Shown: one piece after another, positions 11,977-24,000 of the stretch
Layout of the letters: each line of letters starts with the position of its first letter
How positions within the stretch are numbered: position 1 is the first letter of the stretch
Assembly: GCA_904063045.1 (NCBI GenBank)
Contig: CAJFCJ010000009.1
Location: forward strand, 2,622,631-2,686,630
Length of the DNA stretch: 64,000 nucleotides
Source: Dimorphilus gyrociliatus
Taxonomy: Eukaryota > Animalia > Annelida
Direction of reading: 5' to 3'
Position numbers and translations under genes: made by a program
Notes under the pieces: generated by a model
The model's database searches: none
The model's input: only the letters and a program-made list of their open reading frames with translations
Told to the model about the DNA's origin: nothing

Positions 11977-13221
11977 TTATTGATTAAACCCCTCAGCTGT
12001 TATTGATAATTTATCATTGATAATCCGATCAATCTTATCACGAGTTTCATCGGCTTGACTTATCTTATCAATTGGAGTCCAACTTGAATCGTACTCGTAT
12101 CTATAAGCTCCGACATATTTATGTGGATTACTACTACCCCACTCCTGAAAGAAATAAGACACATAAGGGCGTGTGTAATGAAAAAATTATGCAAATAAGT
12201 CTAATAGCTCATTTGCATAGAGCTATAAATAATAGTAGAAAGAGTGATAGAACATCAGAACATCGTCAAGCATGTTTAAATTATTCTTCATTCTCCTTAT
12301 TTGCTCTTCAGCTCTACTTTTTACAAGTTGTGGTTAGTAAATAATTACTAATAATCTTTAATGTTAATCCTTTAAAAAATGTTCCATATATTACTAAACA
12401 CTGTAATAAATATGCCTTCTATAAGAGAGAATAATAAAATGGAAATTTGTTTTTTCTTTAAATTTTTAGAAACTTATTTCCAACAACAACCAGCGAAAAT
12501 GGACAGATTGAGGCGCAGATGGATTGATATTCGTCGAGCAGAAGCCCGACACATACTAAAATGTTTACAATCCGGTAATAAGGGCGATTGCAATTTCAGA
12601 GAAAAAATCTTTTGACCATTTCGAAAAGAAGAAAATTACCGTTGGTGAAACAATAGATAAGAAAGTTTTGTTATCCGCCCTTCTATAGACGTAGTATATG
12701 TTTCCTGGTTTCTTTATCAAGTTGCATTCGGCGTGGTTAAGGTCTGTGTCTCTTTTTGCTTCTTCTAATATCTAATAAATATAAATATATACATGTAATT
12801 TTAAAAAGTACTATATGTGTAAAAGTGAACCTTCTATTGAATAGAATGTTTTTTTTCTAAATAATTCTTAAATATCTTTGAAAACGTACCCTAAAAGCTT
12901 GTTCTTTCAAGTTATTCATTTGCTCTAATATAACCTGTAATTTTGTATTGACACTCATCTTCACCTTCGAATCGGACTGTATTTCGAGTTAAAGAAATCT
13001 TAATTAGAAATACTATTGAGGTGAGTATTAATGGTCAAACCTGCTGAATCTGATTCGCCAAATTTACTAAATCGTTCTCATCGTAAACCTTACGAACTTT
13101 TTCCCTACAAACCAATTGGAACTCCGCAACAGATTCACTTAGATTTCCTTAAGAAAAAAAGTAGTATTATAAGCATAGATTAATTAAATTCTTTACCAAT
13201 ACAACCTTTATCAGACTCCAT
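11977..13221 (-). CDS. C1orf50: C1orf50 homolog (DUF2452 family), 5 coding exons
   Basis: Exons: 13221-~13200, 13147-13041, 12976-12890, 12771-12640, 12144-11977. The joined protein contains [11 protein letters not shown]...TKLQVILEQ...[22 protein letters not shown]...[32 protein letters not shown], which matches C1orf50 motifs. Confidence 0.88.
12189..12231 (+). promoter_or_regulatory. Inverted pair of octamer (POU) sites plus TATA box upstream of the nested peptide gene
   Basis: ATGCAAAT at 12189-12196, ATTTGCAT at 12211-12218, TATAAATA at 12224-12231. An Inr-like TCAG lies at about 12255-12258, roughly 33 nt downstream of the TATA. Confidence 0.65.
12272..12615 (+). CDS. Novel 68-aa secreted peptide precursor, 2 exons, nested antisense in C1orf50 intron 4
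   Basis: Exon 1 (12272-12332) encodes signal [20 protein letters not shown] and has a GTTAGT donor in phase 1. The intron 12333-12469 ends TTTTTAG. Exon 2 (12470-12615) continues in frame as [48 protein letters not shown]. Confidence 0.72.
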
Positions 13222-13952
13222 TTTAATCGGCAAGTTCTTCGATAGTTAATTAACAAAACAAATAGCGAGATGATTCCTTTCTAACAAGTTATCTGGAATG
13301 GTATAACATGCGTGAAAGGTCAAGGTTGTTCGAAAATTAAACTTCTTCCGGTTACAAATAAAAACTGGTGTTTCTATACAAAATTGACATGTCTTAAAGA
13401 AGTTCGAAAAAGTGATAAAATCAGGTTTTACTAAGATAAAAATCTAAACCATGTTATAGGCAGAAAGAAGAAAATTATTATCAAATTGATGTATACTAAC
13501 TACGTATGAACGTCATAAAAAGGCTTTGAAAATGAAGAAGAAAATGTCTCCTAATAGTTTTCAAATAATCAAGTTACAAGGCTAAGAAAAATTATTATAA
13601 TAATAAAACTTTAATTAATAATAACTGGTTGAAACTACCTATCACGTGATAGTTTTCTTTTAACAGACAAACGTAATAGTACGTAAAATAGGTTGATCAG
13701 TTTCGAATGTTGTATTCTTCCATTGTTTTACGCCATTATCAAAAGCATTTGCTTGTAATATTAGATATGTTAAAGACTTTTAACTTGTATTTATTATATA
13801 TACAAAAATATATATTATTATAACATCTTTAACGCTTTATAATTAAAATAGTACTTCTTTATCTCCAATATCTCTATAACAATTTCCAATCTTTAGGGTA
13901 TTTTCGTATTATTGCTAGTATTACTTTTTTCTATCATAAATGTTGTATGTTC

Positions 13953-13978
<26 letters not shown>
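13953..13978. repeat. (GT)13 microsatellite
   Basis: Read directly from the sequence. Confidence 0.95.
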
Positions 13979-13986
<8 letters not shown>

Positions 13987-15273
13987 ACAACATACCATAT
14001 GTGTATACTAGATATTATCTGTGTAAGAGATAGATGACAAGTAAAATGATAGAACAATTGTAATTAACGGGGAAAATTTCCTTCATTTTTCTTCCCAAAG
14101 TTTATAAAAATATGAAAAGGCATACACTATACTATAGACATTTCTCTTATTCGCTGGTTAAAGTCGATAAAACAATTTTCTAGTAAATTTTATAATTAGA
14201 ATATATATATCTTTTATAAAAAGATTCCTTCCAAATTCTATAGCTTTCCATACACATTCTTAAAAATACATTAAAACAGTATACGTAGTTATGTAACATT
14301 TTTTAAATAGATTGTCTAGACTAATTCTATACGATAAAAAACGAAAAATGATAAAGTGTTATTCTATTTTTGTATTATTGATTGATTTTAGTTCAATTTT
14401 CGTACAGAACCTATTTTTATAAATAGTATAATAAGTAAAAAAGAAATAGAGATAGAAAGAGAGAGAAAAAAGAAAAGTATACTAATTGAATCATATTTCT
14501 AAAAATAGTCTATAGTCTAAGTTTTGGGAGTGGTACAAAATACATCGCAAAAAGAAAAGAATTCGACCTATTACTATTTCTTTATCATTCTAAAAAATTT
14601 TCCTGCTATAGGCCTTAAATATACAATGATTAATAAAAAAAAAAGTTGAAATTTTTGTGTATTTGTTAATTAAATGATAAAAGAATTAAAGAAAAATTCT
14701 ATATTATTATAATTGTAACGATTTTCCAATAGTTAAATTCCTCTTGAAATTTACGACGAATAGTTTGTTGAACTCTTCCAAATTGAAATGGCTTTCGTAC
14801 CGAAATAAAAGAGAAATCAATACGTTCATTTATCACTCTGTGCATAAAATCTAAAGTGTTCTCTTTGGCAAATTATATATCAAGTAATTTTATTTTAACA
14901 ACAATCATTATCATCTCCTTTGTCATTAAAATGCTTCCTTTAAATACATGTATAAATGCATATATATGCAATGTATAAATACTTTTCGCGTTACTATCTA
15001 TACAGCTGTTTCTTACTTAATTTTTAGTTTTGCATAATTTTAACTTTTAAACTTCTAAGATTTCACTTTAAAATTTATTTTGTTTAATAGAATGTAAATA
15101 TCTGATAACAGTGCAGCATTAAAAGTAATAAGCAATAAAAATAATCAAAATCTATCTATATAGATTTAATTGCCAAGTATACATACTACAATGCATACGC
15201 AAAAACTGAGATTTACTTAAATTTGTTATTCTTTTCTTCTTTTGCAAAACCGTATATTTCACTAATATCTAAT

Positions 15274-17319
15274 TTAATAATTTTTACCATCGGGAAATTT
15301 TTCGGGTTGACGTAAGTTTCTATCTTCTATCCATTTTTCCCATAAAGATCTGACAAAGTCGGTGACCGTTATGGTATTTGTATTACAACCAATAAGTCTG
15401 AGTATAAAAATTCCATCTGGTCGTAGATAGTCGTTACTGAATCTCTTAACATTTTCTTTATCGTCAGCTCCAGATTTAATTATTCCACCCAGTCTAAGGT
15501 GTTTACGGATGTAGCGTTGATTGTCAACGCTAGACGTTGTCCTTAAGATCCATTTGATTAGAGCTACTCCTTGAATAAGTACAAGGAAAATAATCCACCA
15601 CCAGATAAAAAGGAAAAGTTTTTCATTGAATAAATTAATAGGCAATACGCATTGAACGGTATATCTTTGAACGTTTCCCAATCTTCTTACCAAGAAATCG
15701 CACATAGTAACTCTCGGAAATCTCGGAGAGTTTGTCCAATCTTGGCCCAAAGAGAGCTCTTTTAAAACTTGCACACCGTACGCGTGAAACCTTGATCCCA
15801 TAAAGACATCAAGGATAAACAGTTGTGCTAAAGCGTTTAAAATATAGAAAAACTTTGTAACCAAATAAAGGGACACAAGGTAAGTCCCCTGCCGTCTACC
15901 GCAGCACACGCATAATACAGATAGGCAGTTTTTTAACGAAACTGTCAATTTACTACTAAGATAATCCTGAGCGTTAAGATAGCGATGCATTTGTTCCGTC
16001 ATATGTTTTAATGTACTATCCCTGTTAGCAATCTTTTCTGTGTTTTGGAAGGATTCGGCTGATTCAACAATAGATTTGATATCAATACCCGATTTGTTGT
16101 TCAAGCTTCTCCAAATCAAGGTCGCTGAAAAAGATAAAAATTGACCTTTTCTATTGACTTAAGATTTTACTACTTACGAAGATAAAAGAATAGGGCCATC
16201 ACTAAGAATATTATAGGTACCCACTGGTAATATGGGATAATATTACGTTTTTCATGTTCATGGTGCTTTGGTATGTGATCATCAAATGGTAGGTAATAAG
16301 TATTTTTAATCCAACAATAACTGTTGGTGTATTCTTCCCAGCCGCCACTAAAATGAGCAGGTACCCAGCAATTAATAGGTTCGCCAACAAACTATAAGAA
16401 AGGAAAAGATAGTCATGTAATAAATATAAACATTCTTGGCTTATAATAACAATTGTAGAAGTGAAAAAGTAAATAAAAGAAAATCACGATCAATCAATAT
16501 ATTCCTCTAAGTTTATATATTTATTAAAGACCTCAAATATAATTTTAAAAAAATAGAGAACCTGCCATTAAACAATACACATACTTTTCTCTTCTATTGG
16601 TAAAATAATACGCTATGTACTTAAAAAAAAGGGAATAATTAATAATATTCAAATTACGAATGAAATAATACTACAGCTTCTCTACGTAGGTTTGGATAGG
16701 TATTTCTTTTTGTTTTATCATATGTAATGTAATGTTATATCCTTGGGATTGATAGAAAGATATCTTTAATGCACAATATCTTCTTTTATATTGTACAACT
16801 TATTAATAAAGTAATCTTGATATTTGCCACCAATTAATTTACATCAACTATTAAACAAATAAGTACACATACATACTGTACACACATAATTATAATTGAT
16901 AAGACAAGTAGGCCTATTCTCAACAATAGGAAATATTATCCCTGGCACTTTGAAAGATCTATTGTTTGGTAAAAATTTTTTATAACCTAAAAAAATTAAA
17001 CTGTTGTTAAGAAAGTTTTTTCTCAGATCTTTTTAATACGTTCTTTACTAAATATTTTCCAATAGATAAATAATAGGCCTATATAAGGAAAAAAAAACAA
17101 CTTGAACTTTTCAACTCGGAAGAACGCGTTGGTGGCTATGTATACACAAAAAAAAAGTTGTCAAAAAAAAGCGTCATGTACCTGTTTAGCAGAAACAACT
17201 ACGGCAAATACAACCAAAATAGCTGAGGTGAAACGATGCGAAAGTCTATCAGCGCTAGTATCATCATTCCTTGACTTGGAGAGGGGAATTCCTCCTATTA
17301 CCCCAATAATCTTATCCAT
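15274..17319 (-). CDS. Innexin (invertebrate gap-junction protein), 3 coding exons
   Basis: Exons: 17319-17182 (DDTSADRLSHRFT), 16391-16178 (FVGEPINCWVP...YCW...YYQWVP), 16124-15274 (FPRVTMCDF...CVLPINLFNEKLFLFIWWW). A probable 5'UTR exon has its donor near 17485. Confidence 0.96.
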
Positions 17320-18486
17320 GTTTCCAACAATCTGAAGAGTGGGAAAATAAAAAAATACTCGATATATTTCTTCTTTTCACGAAAAATTTTCTTCCAAATT
17401 CCTCATGAGAATGGAAGATAACAATAATAAACTTCAATATTTTTAAAATATGCTCTAAACAATCAGAAAATGAAGATAAGGTACCTATCTAGCGGTTCGA
17501 AACAAAGCGATGTTCTTTCTGGCTAACACTTTTCCAAGGTATCCTTTTCCGCTCTGCTTTTAAATCCAAATTTTTTGGGACATATTACTACACGGAGCAG
17601 AAACCTGACTAACAGCATTGTGTGCGTGCATGACCCTTTTTTGACACCCAATACTTTGCTATAGTTAATACTAAAAATAAAAGATCTACAAGTATCTTAG
17701 TAATATAGCTAAAACTTTAAATATTTCTATAGAAAGCATGAAATTTCAAGTAAAAAAGCTTTAATTATAGAGAAAAAAGGCACAAAATAAAGAATTAAAT
17801 ATTATTAAAATATTTATTTTTTAATTCAGTACATTCTACTTGAATACTTCTGTTGTCCTAGTAAAAATAAAATACTTCAATTTTATATTAAACAAACTTA
17901 TTTTACATTTTATTCAAAGTGTAAATTTGCTCTTGTTAAAGAGTAGAAAGGTCAATTTTATTATATAATAAGAGAGAGATAGAAATATCGGATGTTGTGC
18001 TTTTTATGTCTTAAATGAATAATATCTTCAGTTTTTATAGTTATTTTTTTTTTCAAATAGTATTGTAACATTGTATATTAAATTAAGACTAAATAGGATG
18101 TAGATGATAGGGTTAAACCTACTTTTAAACTAATAAATAATTTGCTATACTTATAGCAAATACACTTTGAACATTGTTGTTGTAAATAACGATTACCTGA
18201 CAAAACAATTTGATTTTATATAATAAATTAGTAAAATAAATAGATAGCTATATGTATTAGCTAATATATAATATTATTATATAAGTTAAACAACGGAATT
18301 GTACTCAGAATGAAAATAATCGGGGTGAGAGGGGGAAAATCGTTTTGATGGTGATATTTCCATGATTTTTTGTCACAATCTGAAAAATATATTTCTAAAC
18401 CTTCATTATTCTGTAATTAAACTTTGCATGTTTGAAGTTTAATACTTTATCTGTTTGTATAGTAATTAAAATTAAAAGACGAATTA

Positions 18487-18556
18487 GGCGGGAAAACAAA
18501 CTGAAAATTGTTCAAAATAGAACGATTTCCGTCTTTGCTTACTATGCGCATGCGCA
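18487..18556 (+). promoter_or_regulatory. PEN-2 promoter: E2F-like site and perfect NRF1/Ewg palindrome
   Basis: GGCGGGAAA at 18487-18495 and TGCGCATGCGCA at 18545-18556, about 220 nt upstream of the PEN-2 ATG. Confidence 0.65.
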
Positions 18557-18777
18557 TATAAAAAATAACACTGTTTCGCCTAGAATAATAATATAAGTCA
18601 ATCTAAGCTTATCATTGAGTTATTATTATTTGTTTGTTAACCTACGTCATCTATTTTTGTAAAATTCAAATTCAAGGTACCTTTTAGATTATTAATTTTT
18701 TGATTTAAATGTCTATTTTACTCGAATACTTATGAGCTATGTTTTCGTGATTCATACACAGTTTATCGTTCAACGCT

Positions 18778-19083
18778 ATGGATTTAGCTAAAGTAAGCAA
18801 TGGAGAGAAGCTTAACATATGTAGGAAATATTTTTATGGTGGATTTGGTCTTCTACCTGTATTATGGCTTGTCAATTTCGTATGGTTTTTTCGAGATGCA
18901 TTTTTAAAAGAGACATTCCCTGAGCAAAAGAAACTCCGTCAGTACGTAACAATATCGGGAATCCTTGCACTTTTTGGTATAGGAATAGTGGTGGCATGGG
19001 CTATTGTCTATCAAAAATATCGACTCGATTGGGGCGAAGCTGGAGATAGATTATTATTTGTTATTCCTGTTGGGAAACCATAG
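18778..19083 (+). CDS. PSENEN: Gamma-secretase subunit PEN-2, intronless CDS
   Basis: 101 aa. Reads MDLAKVSNGEKLNICRKYFYGGFGLLPVLWLVN and ends GDRLLFVIPVGKP, with two hydrophobic segments. Confidence 0.96.
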   Translation: MDLAKVSNGEKLNICRKYFYGGFGLLPVLWLVNFVWFFRDAFLKETFPEQKKLRQYVTISGILALFGIGIVVAWAIVYQKYRLDWGEAGDRLLFVIPVGKP

Positions 19084-19253
19084 ATCTAATCTGGTTTATG
19101 ATAAATTACAATCGAATTTTATAATATCAACCATGATTTATATATATTATATATGTATATAATTATATATAATATTTATGATCAATGAAAGTCTGTCATA
19201 TGTTTTTTTTTTTAGTCTTTAAATATATTTTCGAAAATATTTGCAACTAATCA

Positions 19254-19335
19254 GGAAGTTACGGGCGGGACTATTATAGGTTGAAAAAGAAAACTGGTAT
19301 AAGCAAGCAAAATTGCCATTCTCCTCCGCCATTTT
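19254..19335 (+). promoter_or_regulatory. COX5A core promoter: ETS-like, GC-box and YY1 sites
   Basis: GGAAGT followed by GGGCGGGA at about 19255-19270. CCGCCATTTT (YY1 consensus) at 19326-19335, just upstream of the ATG at 19367. Confidence 0.5.
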
Positions 19336-19366
19336 GAACTTAGAGGACAGAAAGGATTTTTGAATA

Positions 19367-20381
19367 ATGTTGAGAATTTTCACCTCCAGAGTAGCATCTG
19401 TTGTTGAGACAGCAGCGAGAGCCAATTTGAGTGCCACATCAATCGGTTAATTTTACTTTTTTCTATTGCTTCTGAATATACAAGCGTAAATAATTATTCG
19501 GTATGGGCGATATAGCAAGACAGTTGACATACGTTATACTAACCTCCAAAAACTCTATATTTATCTATTAATGAATTTTAATCATAATTGTAGAATGTAG
19601 ATATCGCTATTGTAAGCTTAAAATATATCTGTTATCCACTGAGAAAATTTGATGCAGGATTGCTTGGGCTTATCCTCGGTCCTCTTGATAATTTGCCCTT
19701 GTCATGATACATAATAATTTAGAATCACAGAATAATTTACTTTGAAAGAATACGCTAAACCACACAAATTGAAACGTTTAATGTTTTTATCAATATAGAA
19801 ACTCGTGTAAAATATAGGCCTACGTAAATCCTTGGTTAACCTTCATAATTTTGTTATTATTGAAGTAGAATTATGGCTAGAAGCAAAGTTTATTTTGTAT
19901 ACAAGAACTATGTCCTAATTAAATGTTATATTGTTATATTTGCTACAGTCTCAAGACGCTGTATGTCGAAACATGTAGTCGAGTCTGAAGAAGAATTCGA
20001 CGCCAGGTACGAAAGTTTCTTCAACCGTCCAGATATCGATGGATGGGAAGTGAGAAAAGCCATGAACGACATCCACGCCGACGATTTGGTCCCAGAACCC
20101 AAGATTGTTATTGCGGCCCTCAAAGCTTGTCGTAGAATTAATGATTACGCTCTAGCCGTTCGTTATTTGGAAGCTATTAAGGTAAATTGTATGCTTTGTT
20201 TTATAGAGAATAATAATCTTTTTTGGTTTAGGACAAAACTGGACCTAAACAAGGTGAAATTTGGCCATATATGCTGAAGGAATTACAACCAACCTTATCA
20301 GAATTGGGAATTTCCACCCCAGAAGAAATGGGCTATGATAAACCGGAATTTGCATCCGAAAGTGTTTATGATATGCATTAA
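19367..20381 (+). CDS. COX5A: Cytochrome c oxidase subunit 5A, 3 exons
   Basis: Exon 1 (19367-19445) encodes transit peptide [26 protein letters not shown]. Exon 2 (19949-20181) has [10 protein letters not shown]...[33 protein letters not shown]. Exon 3 (20232-20381) has [30 protein letters not shown]. Confidence 0.96.
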
Positions 20382-21092
20382 GGAGAACATTTGTTGTAAA
20401 ATCAAGACGATAGAAGTCAATTATAAATTAATTCCGGACTAACTTTTTCATTCTTAAATAAAGCCGGCAATAGGTATGATAAAAATAAAGTGTGCTTGAT
20501 AGAACCGGTTTGGAATACATTAAGCAAAAATTCGTTTACAAAAGAAGAAAGTCATACTTTCATCGTAATTACTTTAGAGCGCATTTGAACTTTCTATAGT
20601 TCACCTCATATAATGAGATTTTCCTAAGTGCACAAAGACACGATAAGAAACAAAAAGTATCCAAAAACAACTAAAATATATTGATTTCCGAACAGTTATT
20701 AACTAGTCATATATCATTTTGCAATAGAAACGCCTGAAAGCTTTGTAGCTTGAAAGGATAGGCGTTCTTTTAATTCAAAGTAAAATCGTTTTTATTTCCT
20801 TCATATCAACACCAAATAACTAATTATTATATAGTGTATTTGACGGTGATATGTCGGGTTTTTTGACGTTTTATAATAGATATTCTATATTTAAAAGTAT
20901 TAAAAAAAGAGATTTCATTAAAAGACAAAAGTACAATTAACATATCTTCTCTTTATCTTTATTTATCGTTAATAACATGTTATTTTAACTGTACAAACAC
21001 GAGGATGGATATACAGAGATGTGTACTTTCTTTCTATCTCAATCTCGCTCTCTTTCTCTCTTTATCTTTGATAGGAAACAAAACGTCGCTCT

Positions 21093-24000
21093 CTAGCAAA
21101 ATTGTTCTCTATGCCTTTTAGGTCTACAAGTACAACTATTTAGCTTCATATATGGTTCTGAAAATCTCCTCTGATTCGGGCAACGAAATTCGACATCTAT
21201 AACGTCAAAATCTTTTGGATAGCAACATTTCTTCTTTTTACAATTCGAACAGTAATTTAGTTTATATTTGACGGCACTCCGACATCCTTTGTACTCTAAA
21301 TATTTGATTTCGTCACGAAACTTCCACGTAGCTGGACACTTTTCTTTTTTATTTTTCATATGTTCGTCTATTAAATGGCATGTTCTTATCATGCACAGTC
21401 TCTTCTCTTTTATTTTTGCGCAATTTTCATTATCATTCCGAACACGGAACGATATACCCATTCCACACGATTTTGTGCAGGGAGACCATACGGAAGTTAC
21501 ATTTGGACAGGGTACTCTCGACGGAGTTGGTTCAGGATTTGACGGAGGATCCAAAATAAGTGGACAAACCCATTCTTTGCAACATTTATTACCAATATTA
21601 ATAAGTAAAGGATTTCTACAGTGTCTAGAACGTGGTGCCCTTTCCTCATGAAGACACTTATTAACGCAAGTAACAACACCATTTTGACAGGTACACTTAT
21701 ACCGACAAGATTCACCATCGAATTTATCACCATCCTTATAAAATACTCCATTGAAATTACACTTTTTTGCGTATTGACTTTTCACTGAAAAAGAGAGAAA
21801 TAAAAACATCAATAAAATTCATTGAATAACTTAATTTGTAATTATCAAATAAAAGTCTCAACTATCTGCTTTCTGTTTTATAATTAATTCTAAACGCTTA
21901 AGATTTTCTCCTATTCTTTGTGCTCTATAAAGCTTCAGATAAATTGATTCTTTTCTTTTTTTTAAGGTTTTGCTTGTTAAATTATAAGAATAAATGACCT
22001 TATTCCATCCGACTGTTGTATAATAGCAAGATTCTTAGGGAATAATTATTAAATTAATGCATTAAATTAAAAAAATTGCAGAAAAATTACAGCAATTCCA
22101 GATTTTTTTTAATGGAGACCCTCTTTAGAGATTTATCTCTAATTGTTTTCTTATCGATTTTTTCACAATAATTCTTACTTTTAGATCAAGAAACGGAAAA
22201 TAACAAAGTAATATACATCCACTCTATATTTTTAATATAAAGAAACTGCAATGGAAAATTGCAGTATATATATATATATATATATATTTATTAAGGAGAT
22301 ATTTGATATGAAATTAGAAGCAGTCTTTCTGTCATATTTAATTTCTAAGTTCAAAGGAATTTTATTACAGCTGCAATAAAAAAGGACAATAGATCGACAT
22401 GTTTTTATTTTAGGGAGCGTCTATTAAGTAACCTTATCATTCATCAGGTATGTGGTTGCGAGTCTATTTCAATACAAGCTCACTCTCTGTTGATTCTACG
22501 AATTTTCTCTTTCAATTAAGATGAAACACAAGAAACAGTCGTTTACAACTACGACTACTTCTATAAAGAACTGGAGAAAAGGATGTAAAAGTGTATCAAA
22601 GAGGTATATATAGAAGAAAAGGAAGAGAATTAGAAAAGGACGAAAGTAGAGAGATGGAGAGAAGGAATAAAAGTTTTCGTGATTTCCAGCAAAGAATAAT
22701 CAAAGGTTGTTAATTTGTAAAGAGTAGAATTTCAATCATGTGTCAACTTCAAAAGTTTTTGGACAGAGAGTTTAACAATTCTACCTTATCTATACGAGCT
22801 AAAAATAGCATTATTTTGAGGAGCATTTAGTCTTTAAGCTCCATTTTACTATTCATATTATCAATCGTTCTTTTATATTTGCTGGGTTACTTTCATCTCC
22901 TCTCTATCCTCTCTCTTTCTCTTCTTCGTAACTTATTTGCATGTATTTTGTAAAATTATAGCTAGTACAAGTTCTTTTTTATTGATTTTTCATGTTTATT
23001 CTTATTCTTTTGTTTCCCTTTAATTCTTGTAATTTTTTCAATTTATAAAAATTCCGTTTACATCCGCAAACAATAGTCCTATATGTCAACTCACCTTTGC
23101 ACCTTCCTCTAACCTCTCTCCTCTCTTCATTATCGCAATACAAGTGTTTCTCTTCATCGCAGACGTGTTTGTAATCGCAGTAATCTCCGTACTGTCGGGC
23201 GCAAACTTGACAACATCCGCAACCATCTTTCACCTTTCGTATACCGTCCATACATTTTTCGACCTGACATTCGTCGCATTTACTGTATTTTGTACATCTT
23301 CCTGCCTCCTGTAATCGATAAAGAGTAAGTAGTTTAAAGAAACATCCACGAGACAAAGCTTTTTTTCATTAAATAATAATTTGAAAAGAGTAACACCAAT
23401 CATAAAAAGTTCGGTGGAAAACCTTTAGGGATGGAAAAATGTTCCCCTAATTGTTTCTTTGGGATAAACTATGAGAATATTGTAAGAATTTCTTATGGCC
23501 TCTATGAATTCTATAAATAGATTTATGGGCGGGATAAAGAAGGGTAGGGAAGAATGAGGGATGGTGATTAGTTGGATTTTTTTCCTGTTTAGACATGTCA
23601 TGTTTGTGTTCATCATTAGTCATTGTCGCCGGATGACTGGCTGGCAACATAAAAAGAAAATTTGAAAAATCGCTACTGGAAACGCTTATTCGTGCGTCTA
23701 TTTTCCGTTGTGTATTAGCCAGAGTATCTATGAATATTATGTGTATATATATATTAGTTCTATGTATACCATATTATAACTGTATTGAGTTTGTCAACCC
23801 CTATTTCCCAACTGCTTCTTCGTTCTATTTATTTCCATCGTTAATGCCTCGCACAATTTAAGGAAACGCCCTTCAAAAATTTTTCATCAGGGAAAGACGC
23901 TATCGTTCCTCCCCTCCTTGCTTCCTTGTCTCTATCTAATATTTTATATTCTTGTCTATCTTTCTCTGCTTTTATTATTTTTCTTATAGGAAATTTTGTC

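Noticed and set aside
17536-17546. GTATCCTTT resembling a U12-type 5' splice site
   Set aside because: It lies antisense within the innexin 5'UTR region, with no matching U12 branch point or exon chain.
19219-19445. Minus-strand [13 protein letters not shown]... and a Cys-rich frame after a TGA (possible selenocysteine)
   Set aside because: The region is fully explained as the antisense of COX5A exon 1 and its promoter, and there is no SECIS-like element or upstream in-frame exon.
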